A DNA stretch of 64,000 nucleotides from a virus. Each line of letters opens with the position of its first letter. Position 1 is the stretch's first letter. The notes below the pieces were generated by a model. The model was not told the origin of the DNA and made no database searches. It saw only the letters and a program-made list of their open reading frames with translations. Location: positions 1 to 64,000 of IMG/VR virus record IMGVR_UViG_3300032174_000075; one strand, given 5' to 3'. This document shows positions 17,716-27,694 of the stretch, piece after piece. Made by a program: the position numbers and the translations under genes.

Positions 17716-19128
17716 ATGACAAACAACATCGTTACCGTCAACGTCTCGGTCACGCAGGCGCCGACGCCGAGCAACCTGCAAAAGTCGGGTTGCTTCGTGA
17801 CGCAAGGGGGCACGACCGGGGCCGCTGGCACGCAAACGCTCCTGACGCAGCTATCGGACCTGACCGCCATCCTCACCCCCGCCAAAGCCATCACGACGCT
17901 TGCATGGGCTTCTGGAACGGTGACGGCTACCGTGGCGGCACACGGACTCGGGTCCTCGGGAACCTTTTATGTGACGATCTCCGGGGCTGTTCCGGCTGCT
18001 TACAACGGCACGTTCCTGGCGACGCTCACGAACGGCACGCATTTCACCTACCCGCTGGCGTCCGACCCAGGTGCGGAGACTACGCCCGGCACCTACCAGC
18101 TCGCATCCGCCGTGCAATTGCTTCAGAAGGCCACCACGTTCTTTGCCCAAGGGGCGGGGCAGGCGGTCTATGTGAACGAGTTGGGATTCGGAAACCCGGC
18201 CGCCGGCGTGACAGCGCTCAATACCTGGATCGGGAACAACCCGAGCGTCTATTATTCCTATCTACTCGATAGAGAATGGGCGTCGGAATCGACCTATCTC
18301 ACGTTCCTGGCGCAGTTCGAAGCGCTCACGTCGAAGACGTTTTTCTTCACGACGATGACGAACAGCAACTACACGGCGTTCACCTCCGCCATGAACTGCG
18401 TCGTCGGCATGATCGAAGCGCCTGCGGTGGCTGCGGCAAACAGTGCCCTAGCGGGAGCCACGGTCGCAGGAACGGAGTTCTCGCTTGCGGCGGCGTTCTG
18501 GGTCTCGCTCAACTACACGCCTTCGTCCACGTCGCGCGTCACGCCTTACGCATTCTCGTTCCTCTATGGCGTCACGGCGTACCCGCTTTCTGGGAATGGA
18601 GCGCTGTTCACGGCCTGGAAGGCGGCGGGCGTCAATTGGGTCGGTTCCGGTTCGGAAGGCGGGCTCACCAATACGATCCTGTATTGGGGCACGACCATGG
18701 ATGGCCGTTCGTTCAATTACTGGTACTCGGTCGATTGGGCGCAGATCAACATCGACATCGACGTTTCAAACGCGATCATCAACGGCTCGAACAATCCGCA
18801 GAACCCGCTCTATCTCAATCAGGACGGAATCAATCGTCTTCAGGCCGTTGCCGCGCGCACGCTTTCGAACGGCATCAGCTACGGGCTCATCTTCGGCAAG
18901 CTTCAGCAGACCGCGCTTACGCCGTCAGCATTCACGGCGGCATATGCGGCGGGACAATTCTCCGGCTCAGCCGTCGTCAACGCCGACCCGTTCACGGATT
19001 ACTACCGCACCAATCCGAGCAATTACCGGCTCGGCGTGTATGGCGGGTTCTCCGTGGTCTACACACCGCTGCTCGGCTTCACGCAGGTTATCTTCAACAT
19101 CAACGTGACGGACTTTGTAGTCCAATAA
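17716..19128 (+). CDS. tail sheath protein with an inserted beta domain
   Basis: NIVTVNVS N-terminus, F.YWYSVDW.QIN, NPLY.NQDGINRLQ. Confidence 0.85.
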   Translation: MTNNIVTVNVSVTQAPTPSNLQKSGCFVTQGGTTGAAGTQTLLTQLSDLTAILTPAKAITTLAWASGTVTATVAAHGLGSSGTFYVTISGAVPAAYNGTFLATLTNGTHFTYPLASDPGAETTPGTYQLASAVQLLQKATTFFAQGAGQAVYVNELGFGNPAAGVTALNTWIGNNPSVYYSYLLDREWASESTYLTFLAQFEALTSKTFFFTTMTNSNYTAFTSAMNCVVGMIEAPAVAAANSALAGATVAGTEFSLAAAFWVSLNYTPSSTSRVTPYAFSFLYGVTAYPLSGNGALFTAWKAAGVNWVGSGSEGGLTNTILYWGTTMDGRSFNYWYSVDWAQINIDIDVSNAIINGSNNPQNPLYLNQDGINRLQAVAARTLSNGISYGLIFGKLQQTALTPSAFTAAYAAGQFSGSAVVNADPFTDYYRTNPSNYRLGVYGGFSVVYTPLLGFTQVIFNINVTDFVVQ

Positions 19129-19187
19129 ATGCTACAAGCGCCCTTTCAAGTTCTTGAAGAACTTGGGGTGTACGCGAAGGAACAACA

Positions 19188-19631
19188 ATGGTCGGAAACC
19201 CGCTCACGAACCAAGGCACACTGAACCGGCTTCTTGCCTCGGTCATCATTCCCGCCTTTCCGGAACTGAATGTCACTTCGTCTTTTTTGGGCAAGGAAGG
19301 CGTGACGATCTCGTTCCAGGGGGACATTACGTTGATGATCCCGACGATGACCGGGACCGTGACCTCGCCGGAGCCGTACCAGATGGCTACCGTGCTCGTG
19401 CGGCTCTTGCGCACGCAGCCTTTGGCCGATGCTTTCAAGCAGCAGCTTGAAACCACGGCCCTCATCGGCGATATTACGGTTCGCCCGGATAGCCGCGCAC
19501 TATCCCCCTATCAGTTCATCAATTGCGCGATATCGACGGTGGGCGACTTGGTCCTGAACGGCACGGATGCTGGATACGGCGTCTCCATCGTCGGATACTA
19601 CCCGGTGAACAGTTCGCTATTCGACGGGTAG
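19188..19631 (+). CDS. tail tube protein
   Basis: 147 aa after the sheath; NP...QGTLNR, TMTG.V.SPEPY. Confidence 0.8.
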   Translation: MVGNPLTNQGTLNRLLASVIIPAFPELNVTSSFLGKEGVTISFQGDITLMIPTMTGTVTSPEPYQMATVLVRLLRTQPLADAFKQQLETTALIGDITVRPDSRALSPYQFINCAISTVGDLVLNGTDAGYGVSIVGYYPVNSSLFDG

Positions 19632-19650
19632 GCAATAAGGATACTAGCCG

Positions 19651-19860
19651 ATGCGGCTTGAAGTCGGAGTTCTCTACGAAGCGGAAGGCGGCACATTCGG
19701 GCTCTGTACGCAGAGTGATGGCGAAGTGTTTGGCCTCGCCTTCGTCGCTCCGAAAGGTGCACGCGAGCCAATGACCTATCGCATCTACCGCGCAGACGGA
19801 ACAAATGATGGCAACCCTCCAATCGTCGAAGAACTTTGGCGGCTGAGTAAAGGAAGGTAG
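19651..19860 (+). CDS. small hypothetical protein
   Basis: 69 aa with RBS, between tube and chaperone genes. Confidence 0.45.
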   Translation: MRLEVGVLYEAEGGTFGLCTQSDGEVFGLAFVAPKGAREPMTYRIYRADGTNDGNPPIVEELWRLSKGR

Positions 19861-19863
19861 AAT

Positions 19864-20442
19864 TTGAAACTGGACAGAAAGCTCAATTTGGTCATTCCGG
19901 TAACGCAGGACAACAACGTCACCGTTTACGTTCACGCCGCTCCGATCTCCCGCGAGGTGTTCGAGCGGTATTTTCTTGTCATCTCCAAGACGCACGCTCA
20001 AATCCTCGGTGCCGGACTAGGCTGGTCCATCGCGCCGCGTGTCGCGAGCATGATGCTGGAAAAGGTGGCGAAGGAGGACGATTCATGGGAAGGCCCGGCG
20101 GGCGTAGCGCGCGGGCTCATCGGCGACATAGTGCGCCTTGCCAATGTGGCGGTGCCGGATGAAAAGGGCGGGTGGACGACCATCCCGCTTCAGCAGGCGC
20201 TTGATCAAAGCTATTTTTCCGAGGATGACACGGCAGAGATCAAGAATGCCGTGGTTTTTTTTACTGTCGCCTCGTGGATGTATCCCAGAGCGGATCGGAA
20301 CGCGATTCTGAGCGAGGCGATGAAGCTCTGGGGCGGGCGTACCGAATCATCGAACTCTACGGAGTTCGTGAGTTCTTTGCCGATATCGACAGAGACCGCC
20401 AATTCTGGCGCGACGGAGACAGCATCGTCCATTCCACACTAG
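19864..20442 (+). CDS. tail assembly chaperone (G); probable -1 frameshift product (GT) ends at 20558
   Basis: Lies between tube and TMP; T8 run at 20255-20262 in slippery register; the -1 frame is open to the TAG overlapping the TMP start. Confidence 0.75.
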   Translation: MKLDRKLNLVIPVTQDNNVTVYVHAAPISREVFERYFLVISKTHAQILGAGLGWSIAPRVASMMLEKVAKEDDSWEGPAGVARGLIGDIVRLANVAVPDEKGGWTTIPLQQALDQSYFSEDDTAEIKNAVVFFTVASWMYPRADRNAILSEAMKLWGGRTESSNSTEFVSSLPISTETANSGATETASSIPH

Positions 20443-20557
20443 ATTGGGCCGCGAACGAAGGGTTCTCTCAGGTGTGCGACATGCTCGACTTGTCGTGGGG
20501 CTCCGCGCATGAGTTCCGACAACGGCATTTGATACGGGCGCTTAAGGAGAACTCCTA

Positions 20558-22606
20558 GTGGCGATCCGTTCCGTTGTCGAAATCGACGTTCATTCCGAGC
20601 AGTTCAAGGCTTTCTCGGAAAGGTTCGAAAAGTACCAGGAACTGCTTGCAAAGAGCACAGGCTCTTGGTCCAAGACCGACAAGTCCGTCAAGGCGGTTGC
20701 CGATCATCTCACCGCTGCCATCCTCACGCAGACCGACATGCTCGCCAAGGTCATCAAGGGCGAGAATGCCGTAGAGCAATCTTCGAAAAAGACCGCATCC
20801 TCGTGGCGCGACTTCGCCAAAAGCTCAAAGACCGTCGCCGGCAATATCAAGGATGCGACACTTTCGCTTCTGAAGTGGGCGTCAATCGGCGGCATCATTT
20901 CCGGCTTAGCAGGCGTCGGCGGCCTATTTGGAATTGATGCGCTTGCCCGTGGCGTCGGAGATACGCGCCGTCAGTCTCTCGGTCTTGGCACGACGTATGG
21001 AGAGAAGAAGGCATTCGACATAAATTACGGGCGGGTTGTTGACAGCGACTCTTACCTCTCCAACGTCAATGAAGCCCTCCACGACCCAAATAAAAGATCG
21101 ACACTGCTTAGCTTGGGCTTGAACGAGAAGGACCTGCAAGGCGACACGGCTGAGGTGGCTGTTAAGGCGCTGGAAAAGATAAAGGCACTAGCGGACAGGA
21201 CTGACCCGAGGCTTTATAAGTCCACGATGGAAGCGTTTGGTGTCGATAAATTAGTTGGCCTCCAAGATTTCGAGCGTCTAGCCAATCTCTCAAAGCCAGA
21301 GTTTGCTTCCTATCGCAGCCCATATGAGCGCGATAAAAAGACACTCAATCTAGACCAGCGCAATACACGGGCATGGCAAGATTTTGCCAACCAGCTAAAG
21401 CGCGCCGGAGAGCAAATAGAGAATATTTTCGTGCGCAGACTGACTGCGCTCGTTGGGCCGCTCGATAAGTTCTCTCAAGCTGTTGTGAAGTCGATTGACA
21501 CTTTCGTAAACAGCAAGGAATTTGATAAGTGGATAAAAGCATTTGCCGACGATATCAAATGGGCGGCAACTACGCTCGGGTCGCAAAAATTCCAAGACGA
21601 CATCAAAGCGTTCGCGACTAACATAAGTTTGGCGGCGAAGGGGATTGTAGACGCACTGAAGTTTCTCGGAATAATTCCGAAGTCGAAAGAGGAAACTCTA
21701 AAGGGCGCGCAAGCGGGGCCACCAAACGCTCACATTCCCGGACAGCCAGTCTATACCGAGAAGGACATTGCCCAAATCAAGGCTGCCAACGGAGGAGACT
21801 ATAAAAACGCGCGCGCAATCATAGATGCTGCTGAAAAGCGGCACCATCTCCCAAGCGGCTTTCTGTGGAACCAATTCGGTGCCGAGTCCGGCTATGGCAA
21901 GCACCTGAAAAGCCCTGCTGGCGCCCAAGGGCCTATGCAGTTAATGCCCGCAACGTCCAAGCGGTTCAACGTGAAGAACCCTTACTCTCTTGACGAGAGC
22001 GCGGAAGCCGCAGCAAAATACGACGAACTCCTGCTAAAGAGATTTAAGGGAAGCCTGGCTAAGACTGCGGCAGCTTATAATTGGGGCGAAGGAAACGTCG
22101 ATAAAGACGTAACACGCCACGGCGATAATTGGGCCTTGCCGAAACATCTCCCGAATGAAACCAAGGACTATATCGACAAAATCGTTTCCGGAAAGGGGTT
22201 GTCGCAAGGCGTAAAAATACAGACTGACCAATCCCAGACCGTGATAGCCGAAGATTCAGAGGCTCGGGCGCAACGTGACCGAGCCATGGGTGCAGCCGAG
22301 GCCAGTTCCAAAAGCCTCAAGCGCATTTCTGAGCATCTTACGCGGGAGATTGGTAGCTGGCGCATTCCTTTCAGAGCTCCTGCGAAAGAAGAGAAGCCAT
22401 CTCACGCCGATATCAAGGCGTTGGCGCAGGCTTACTCAGATGGGGCAGGAAAGAATCGCGCCACAAGAGCGCCACAGGACAAATCAGTTAGCCCAACGCG
22501 CCCAATGCCCAAGACCCAGCCGGACACGGCGCGCGCAGTCCGCATAGACATCAACAACAACACTGGCGGAAACGCTGTCATAATCGCGAGCCAGTTGCCA
22601 CAATGA
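20558..22606 (+). CDS. tape measure protein with lytic transglycosylase (SLT) domain
   Basis: Helical N-terminus; AES...SPAGAQGPMQLMP, AAAYNWGEGN, ETKDYI SLT motifs. Confidence 0.9.
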   Translation: MAIRSVVEIDVHSEQFKAFSERFEKYQELLAKSTGSWSKTDKSVKAVADHLTAAILTQTDMLAKVIKGENAVEQSSKKTASSWRDFAKSSKTVAGNIKDATLSLLKWASIGGIISGLAGVGGLFGIDALARGVGDTRRQSLGLGTTYGEKKAFDINYGRVVDSDSYLSNVNEALHDPNKRSTLLSLGLNEKDLQGDTAEVAVKALEKIKALADRTDPRLYKSTMEAFGVDKLVGLQDFERLANLSKPEFASYRSPYERDKKTLNLDQRNTRAWQDFANQLKRAGEQIENIFVRRLTALVGPLDKFSQAVVKSIDTFVNSKEFDKWIKAFADDIKWAATTLGSQKFQDDIKAFATNISLAAKGIVDALKFLGIIPKSKEETLKGAQAGPPNAHIPGQPVYTEKDIAQIKAANGGDYKNARAIIDAAEKRHHLPSGFLWNQFGAESGYGKHLKSPAGAQGPMQLMPATSKRFNVKNPYSLDESAEAAAKYDELLLKRFKGSLAKTAAAYNWGEGNVDKDVTRHGDNWALPKHLPNETKDYIDKIVSGKGLSQGVKIQTDQSQTVIAEDSEARAQRDRAMGAAEASSKSLKRISEHLTREIGSWRIPFRAPAKEEKPSHADIKALAQAYSDGAGKNRATRAPQDKSVSPTRPMPKTQPDTARAVRIDINNNTGGNAVIIASQLPQ

Positions 22607-23322
22607 GCGGACTCGGAAAATCCGTCTTCCAACTCGCATTCCAAAGCAGCCCGATCATTTTAGTGGATGGGATTGCAACAGGTCTGCCAACGGGCAGCAT
22701 GTTGCCGATTATCGCGATTACAGAGCCTTTGAACCTATTGGGAGGAATTTTGACGGGTGGCGATCTATCGCCAGACAACTTCTTTGCTAGTTTCTCCCCC
22801 GTACCTGGGGCAACACTGATCGACCAGCAGGTTGGACATTATCCGTTTGCGAATCAGGCTGTTGCGGCGAACGCTGTGATTGCTCAACCTCTGACAATTT
22901 CCTTGAAAATGACGTGCCCCGTCCGCCTCGGGCTTGGATATTTTACCAAACTCGCAACCATGATTACATTGCAAACAGTCCTGGCGAAACACAATGGAAT
23001 GGGCGGCACATACATCATAGCCACCCCGTCCTTTTTTTATACAAACTGCATTATGCTGCGAATGAGCGATGTTTCCGGCGGCGACAGCAATCAAGTTCAA
23101 ACGACGTGGCAACTAGATTTTGAAAAGCCGCTCCTCACACTCAACGATGCACAAGAGGCCCAAAGCTCGCTCTTGCAAAAGCTGACTAATGGCACAAAGA
23201 TTTTAGGTATCCCCCTCTGGTCCGGCTTTGAGTCTCTTCTAGGAGATGCAGGAAGTCTCGGCGGCATAGGCTCTGTGCAATCCGCTCAAGGGGTTGCGGG
23301 CGCGGCAATCCCTCCGTCATAA
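22603..23322 (+). CDS. baseplate/tail-tube initiator protein
   Basis: FQ.SPIILV.G and YPFANQAVAANA motifs, ATGA overlap with the TMP. Confidence 0.65.
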   Translation: MSGLGKSVFQLAFQSSPIILVDGIATGLPTGSMLPIIAITEPLNLLGGILTGGDLSPDNFFASFSPVPGATLIDQQVGHYPFANQAVAANAVIAQPLTISLKMTCPVRLGLGYFTKLATMITLQTVLAKHNGMGGTYIIATPSFFYTNCIMLRMSDVSGGDSNQVQTTWQLDFEKPLLTLNDAQEAQSSLLQKLTNGTKILGIPLWSGFESLLGDAGSLGGIGSVQSAQGVAGAAIPPS

Positions 23323-23336
23323 GGCACAGGCTACTT

Positions 23337-23606
23337 ATGGCCCAACTCATTCTCTTTCAGCCAGGTCAGACCAACCCGCCATTCCAGTTCCAGGCGACGC
23401 TAGACGGGATACAGTACACAGCGACGGTGCGGTGGGGCTTGATGGGGCAGCGGTGGTATCTCAGTCTTTTTACGCTCGACGGCGTCCGTGTTTTCACACT
23501 CCCGATGGTCAGTAGCCCGGATAACTATGACATCTCTCTGACGGCCGGGTATTTCGCCACGAAACTGATCCTCCGCGAAGCGTCGCAGACTTTTGAGATT
23601 GACTAG
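23337..23606 (+). CDS. small baseplate protein
   Basis: PFQFQATLDG..Y...V.W....QRWY motif. Confidence 0.65.
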   Translation: MAQLILFQPGQTNPPFQFQATLDGIQYTATVRWGLMGQRWYLSLFTLDGVRVFTLPMVSSPDNYDISLTAGYFATKLILREASQTFEID

Positions 23607-23609
23607 CCC

Positions 23610-24650
23610 GTGCGATACTATTCCATCATTATCAAAAACTCCGATGCCTCTATCTACCGGCCTCCATCGCTTGCTTCACTGAAGCTCCCCGCAAGTTGGA
23701 CTAGTTTTGTCAACAACCAGACCATTCCCGGCGCGCTCGATATTCAAATAGAGGCTTATCTCGCGGCGTTTAATGCGCCAGTGGCCGGAACATTTGTTCG
23801 CGTATGGGGAATCTCTATCGAGGAGATAGGCCAGGCTAGTGACCTTCGAGGGAAAAATATTCAAGTTTTTGCCGGGATGCAAAAGGGACTCCCGCTAGCG
23901 AATCCGGCGCAGTCAGGTCTTATCCTTCAAGGCTATATCTTCAAGTCGTTTGGGAACTGGGTTGGCACAGACCAGACATTGGATTTGATTGTTGTGGCCG
24001 GCGATAGTCCGTTCGGAACTGGGTCTAAGGCCTCTCCAAAAAACATAATCCATCTGTGGGCCAAAGGCACGCCGCTTTCAGAGGCGATTAAGTCAACGCT
24101 GACGACCGCCTTTCCGGGCTATGAAGTGGATATTAGCATAAACCCAAAGCTCGTATTGACAGAACAAGATACTGGCTACTACGAATCTGCAACACAGTAT
24201 GCGCAGTATATTCAAGCTCTCAGTAAGTCGATTATAAACGACCAAGCTTATTTAGGGGTTTCGATTGTACTGAAAGAAAAAAAATTCACCGTCTATGACG
24301 GGACGACAAAAACAACGGCCACGACCATAGATTTCAAGGACCTAATCGGGCAGCCAACTTGGATAGGCCCGCAGGAAATTCAGGTCAAAACTGTTATGCG
24401 GGCAGATATCGCGGTGGGGGCTTATGTCAAGCTTCCGGTTACGCAAACGACGACGACCTCGGAAGGGGCGCTTCCGGCCGGTAACGCACCACGGGCAAAT
24501 AGCATCTTTCAAGGGGAGTTTTTCGTAAAGAGCATGAGCCATTTTGGCCGGTTTCGTCAGCCTGACGCCGCAAGCTGGAATACGATACTTGACCTCGTGG
24601 CGCCTCCGGGTGCGGCGGGGACAGGTGACGACCTCGGAAGGGGCGCTTAA
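23610..24650 (+). CDS. baseplate hub protein
   Basis: MRYY.I, GM.KGLPLANP.Q.G, FGNW.G, DLIGQPTWI, MRADI motifs. Confidence 0.75.
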   Translation: MRYYSIIIKNSDASIYRPPSLASLKLPASWTSFVNNQTIPGALDIQIEAYLAAFNAPVAGTFVRVWGISIEEIGQASDLRGKNIQVFAGMQKGLPLANPAQSGLILQGYIFKSFGNWVGTDQTLDLIVVAGDSPFGTGSKASPKNIIHLWAKGTPLSEAIKSTLTTAFPGYEVDISINPKLVLTEQDTGYYESATQYAQYIQALSKSIINDQAYLGVSIVLKEKKFTVYDGTTKTTATTIDFKDLIGQPTWIGPQEIQVKTVMRADIAVGAYVKLPVTQTTTTSEGALPAGNAPRANSIFQGEFFVKSMSHFGRFRQPDAASWNTILDLVAPPGAAGTGDDLGRGA

Positions 24651-25318
24651 TGGCTGACAACGCTCAGAAAACGCCATTTGCCCAATCCATTCAGACCTTC
24701 GTCGAAGGCAAGGTCCAGGACGGCATACAGCTACTTGGCAAAGCTTTTCCCGTCTCCATCGTCACGATCAACGATTGGTCGGCAGTCGTCAAATTCGAGA
24801 TGAACGCAGCGCCGTTCACGTTGCCGAACATAGAAGTTCCACTTGCCCTCTCCGTGTACGAAAGGCCGCCGCTTCAGGTGGGGGATAAGGGATGGGTCCG
24901 TGCTGCCGACGTTCGATTGGGCGGCGTTACCGGGCTAGGCAGTGGCGTTCCTGGACTCACACTGCCGGCAAACCTCTCCGCGTTGGTGTTTGAGCCCATA
25001 TCGAACATCACTTGGGATGCCCCGCCAGACAAAAATGCGTATCTCATTCAGGGACCGAACGGGTTCATTTTCCGCAACGTCGCCAACGACTATTCGATCA
25101 TCGGCAACGGCTCGCACATTCAAGTAAAATACGGAGGGCGGACTTTCACGGTAGATGGAGCGCAGCTTGTAATGGCTTACGACTCCTCAAATTCCGTGAC
25201 CGTCGATTCGTCCGGTGTCGCCATCCTGGGAACCTTGACGATCAACGGCGCCCCCTATCTGGCGCATGTTCATTCCGACGTTACGAGCGGAACCGATTCG
25301 ACAGGTCCGGTGGCATGA
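24650..25318 (+). CDS. baseplate central spike (gp138/gpV-like)
   Basis: OB-fold-like start, P.QVGDKG, C-terminal HVH metal-binding tip. Confidence 0.8.
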   Translation: MADNAQKTPFAQSIQTFVEGKVQDGIQLLGKAFPVSIVTINDWSAVVKFEMNAAPFTLPNIEVPLALSVYERPPLQVGDKGWVRAADVRLGGVTGLGSGVPGLTLPANLSALVFEPISNITWDAPPDKNAYLIQGPNGFIFRNVANDYSIIGNGSHIQVKYGGRTFTVDGAQLVMAYDSSNSVTVDSSGVAILGTLTINGAPYLAHVHSDVTSGTDSTGPVA

Positions 25319-25920
25319 TTTTGAGGCACAAAGTCTGCACTAAATGCAAGATAGAAAAGTCCTTAGAAGAGTACGCCAAACACGCGTCTCTTAAAGACGG
25401 GAGACAAGTTCAGTGCAGAGCATGCCACAAAGCATACAATGCTCAAAACAAAGCGCGGATCGCAGCACAGAGGAGAGATTGCTATCGGAAGAATCCTGAC
25501 AGGATTAAAGCGAAAACTAGGGAATGGTATCGCAACAACCGACGGGCGGCTATTCAGTATCAGGCCGAATATCGCCGCGAGAACGCGGCGTCTCTTCAAG
25601 AGAAGGACGCAAAACGGCATGCCAAGAATAAGGCCGCTGCAAAAACGTGGCGGCATAACAGAAAGGCCAGGGTCAGAAATTCCGGCGAAAGGCTTTCTCC
25701 GGATATCGTGACAAAACTTTTGTCCGAGCAGAATTTCAAATGTCCGTACTGCCTTGGAGACTTGCGCGTGGTCGGACATCATATTGATCATTATGTTCCG
25801 ATCATTCTTGGCGGGGGAAATTCGGATGATAATGTTCAGCTTACTTGCCCGCTTTGCAACCTAAGAAAGGGAAGCAAGCACCCGATGAATTTTTTACCAA
25901 AGATTGGGTCGTGTCATTAG
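25315..25920 (+). CDS. HNH (homing) endonuclease
   Basis: ATG 25315; CTKC..CRAC Zn finger, CPYC..HIDHYVP..LGG.N...N.QLTC..CN.RK. Confidence 0.88.
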   Translation: MILRHKVCTKCKIEKSLEEYAKHASLKDGRQVQCRACHKAYNAQNKARIAAQRRDCYRKNPDRIKAKTREWYRNNRRAAIQYQAEYRRENAASLQEKDAKRHAKNKAAAKTWRHNRKARVRNSGERLSPDIVTKLLSEQNFKCPYCLGDLRVVGHHIDHYVPIILGGGNSDDNVQLTCPLCNLRKGSKHPMNFLPKIGSCH

Positions 25921-26263
25921 AACATGGGGACGCGTGCCAGACAATAACGGCGGGCTTACACAGTGGGTGATGGTAGAGACAGCTCAAGACGGGTCAAACG
26001 ACCTCATATGGCTCGTGACGCTAATCCAGTGCCTAAAATTGAACCTTAATGAAAGTCCATTTTATGCTGGCTATGGCATCCCCGCCAAGCAATCCGTGAT
26101 CCAGCAAGTCGCGCCTGATTTCAACGTCGCCTTGACGCAGCAACAGTTCTCGCAATATTTCGCCGCGCTGTCGGTGACGAAGCGCAACCTGCCAACGCCA
26201 ACCTATGATATCCGGGTGACGACGAATCAGGGCGTTTCGATAACGACGACGGTTCCCGTATGA
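25904..26263 (+). CDS. baseplate wedge / sheath initiator
   Basis: RTWGR, LKLNL.ESPFYA.YGIPA motifs, precedes baseplate J. Confidence 0.7.
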   Translation: MGRVIRTWGRVPDNNGGLTQWVMVETAQDGSNDLIWLVTLIQCLKLNLNESPFYAGYGIPAKQSVIQQVAPDFNVALTQQQFSQYFAALSVTKRNLPTPTYDIRVTTNQGVSITTTVPV

Positions 26264-27690
26264 GCGATTTGCCGACGATCATAACCAAGGATGGATTACA
26301 GCCGCAGACGCCAGCGGAACTTCGCGCCCAACTCATCGCATTGGCCGTCGCCGAAAGTCCCGGCCTCACCGCTACTCTCCCGGGCGCGCTTATCGAGGAT
26401 ATCGCCTCGACACAGGTAGCTGGCCTGACGCTGATCGACAGTGCCAGAGTGGAAACGGTCGATTCTCTGACGCCTTACGGGGCAAACGCATTTCTGCTGA
26501 ACGAGCTTGGTCAGATTTACGGCGTCCAGCAGGGCAAGCAGACAAGCACCTCCGTCTACGAAGTGTTCTCCGGGACGGTCGGGTTTATCGTCCCGCGCGG
26601 ATTTACGGTCAGCGACGGCACGCATCAATTCATCGTTCAAGACGGAGGGGTCGTTCAATCCGGTGGCTCGACAGCGCCTCTCTTCTGCCTAGCGACAGTC
26701 ACGGATTCATTCGCCGTCCCGGCAGGAACCGTTACGACGCTCATCACGTCCGTTCCTGGGAGCATCACCCTTTCTTGCACAAATCCGCAGGAAGGAATCC
26801 CAGGGACCGGCATGCAGAGCGAGAGTGACTATCGAGCCCAAGTGCTACAGGCCGGCAAAGCCGCCGCACAGGGCATGCCAACGTTCCTGAAGACGCTGGT
26901 AGGGCAGGTATTCGGCGTCCAGCAGCGCCTCATCTCCATGCGCCAAGCGAACGGAGGCTGGGAAGTCATCGTTGGCGGGGGCGATCCCTATGCCGTGGCA
27001 TATGCGATTTTCCAGGCCCTGTTCAACATCAACAATCTTGTCGGCTCGACGATTGCGATTACAGCGGTCACCAAGGCCAATCCCGGCGTTGCGACAACCG
27101 ATCTCAACCACGGCCTAGTGACCGGGCAGAACAACGTCAACATCGCCAACGCGGCAGGCGGCGGCTTTACGGTGATCAATGGCGGACCATACACGGTTAC
27201 CGTCATAGACGAAAAGAGATTCAGCTTTGCCGTCGATACGTCCGGATACTCCGGCACGTACACGGCAGGGACCGGAACTGTCACGCCGAATGCCCGCAAT
27301 ATCGCCGTCTCGGTCAACGACTATCCCGACACGTATTCGATCCCCTTTGTGGTTCCGCCTCAGCAGTCGGTCACAATCGGCCTGACATGGAACACGACGG
27401 CGACAAACTCCGTTTCCGCAACGGCGGTAGCAGAGGCCGGGGCACACGCTATCGCGAACTATGTGAACTCCATCCCTGTAGGAAGCCCGATCAACCTATT
27501 CGAGCTGCAATCGGTGTTTCAGGTGGCGGTGGCGGATTTGATCCCGACGCCGCTCTTGTCGCGGATGATCTTCACGGTTTCGGTCAATGGCGTGCCGACG
27601 ACTGTGGATTCCGGCACGGGCCTTTTTGAGGGAGACCCTGAGAGCTTTTTCCAGATGAGCCCCACCGACTGCGTAATCGTGCAAGGGTGA
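26260..27690 (+). CDS. baseplate J-like protein with an inserted beta domain
   Basis: LPG.LIEDIAST, G....SESDYRA.V, GGGDPY.VA.AI. Confidence 0.85.
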   Translation: MSDLPTIITKDGLQPQTPAELRAQLIALAVAESPGLTATLPGALIEDIASTQVAGLTLIDSARVETVDSLTPYGANAFLLNELGQIYGVQQGKQTSTSVYEVFSGTVGFIVPRGFTVSDGTHQFIVQDGGVVQSGGSTAPLFCLATVTDSFAVPAGTVTTLITSVPGSITLSCTNPQEGIPGTGMQSESDYRAQVLQAGKAAAQGMPTFLKTLVGQVFGVQQRLISMRQANGGWEVIVGGGDPYAVAYAIFQALFNINNLVGSTIAITAVTKANPGVATTDLNHGLVTGQNNVNIANAAGGGFTVINGGPYTVTVIDEKRFSFAVDTSGYSGTYTAGTGTVTPNARNIAVSVNDYPDTYSIPFVVPPQQSVTIGLTWNTTATNSVSATAVAEAGAHAIANYVNSIPVGSPINLFELQSVFQVAVADLIPTPLLSRMIFTVSVNGVPTTVDSGTGLFEGDPESFFQMSPTDCVIVQG

Positions 27691-27694
27691 GCGC

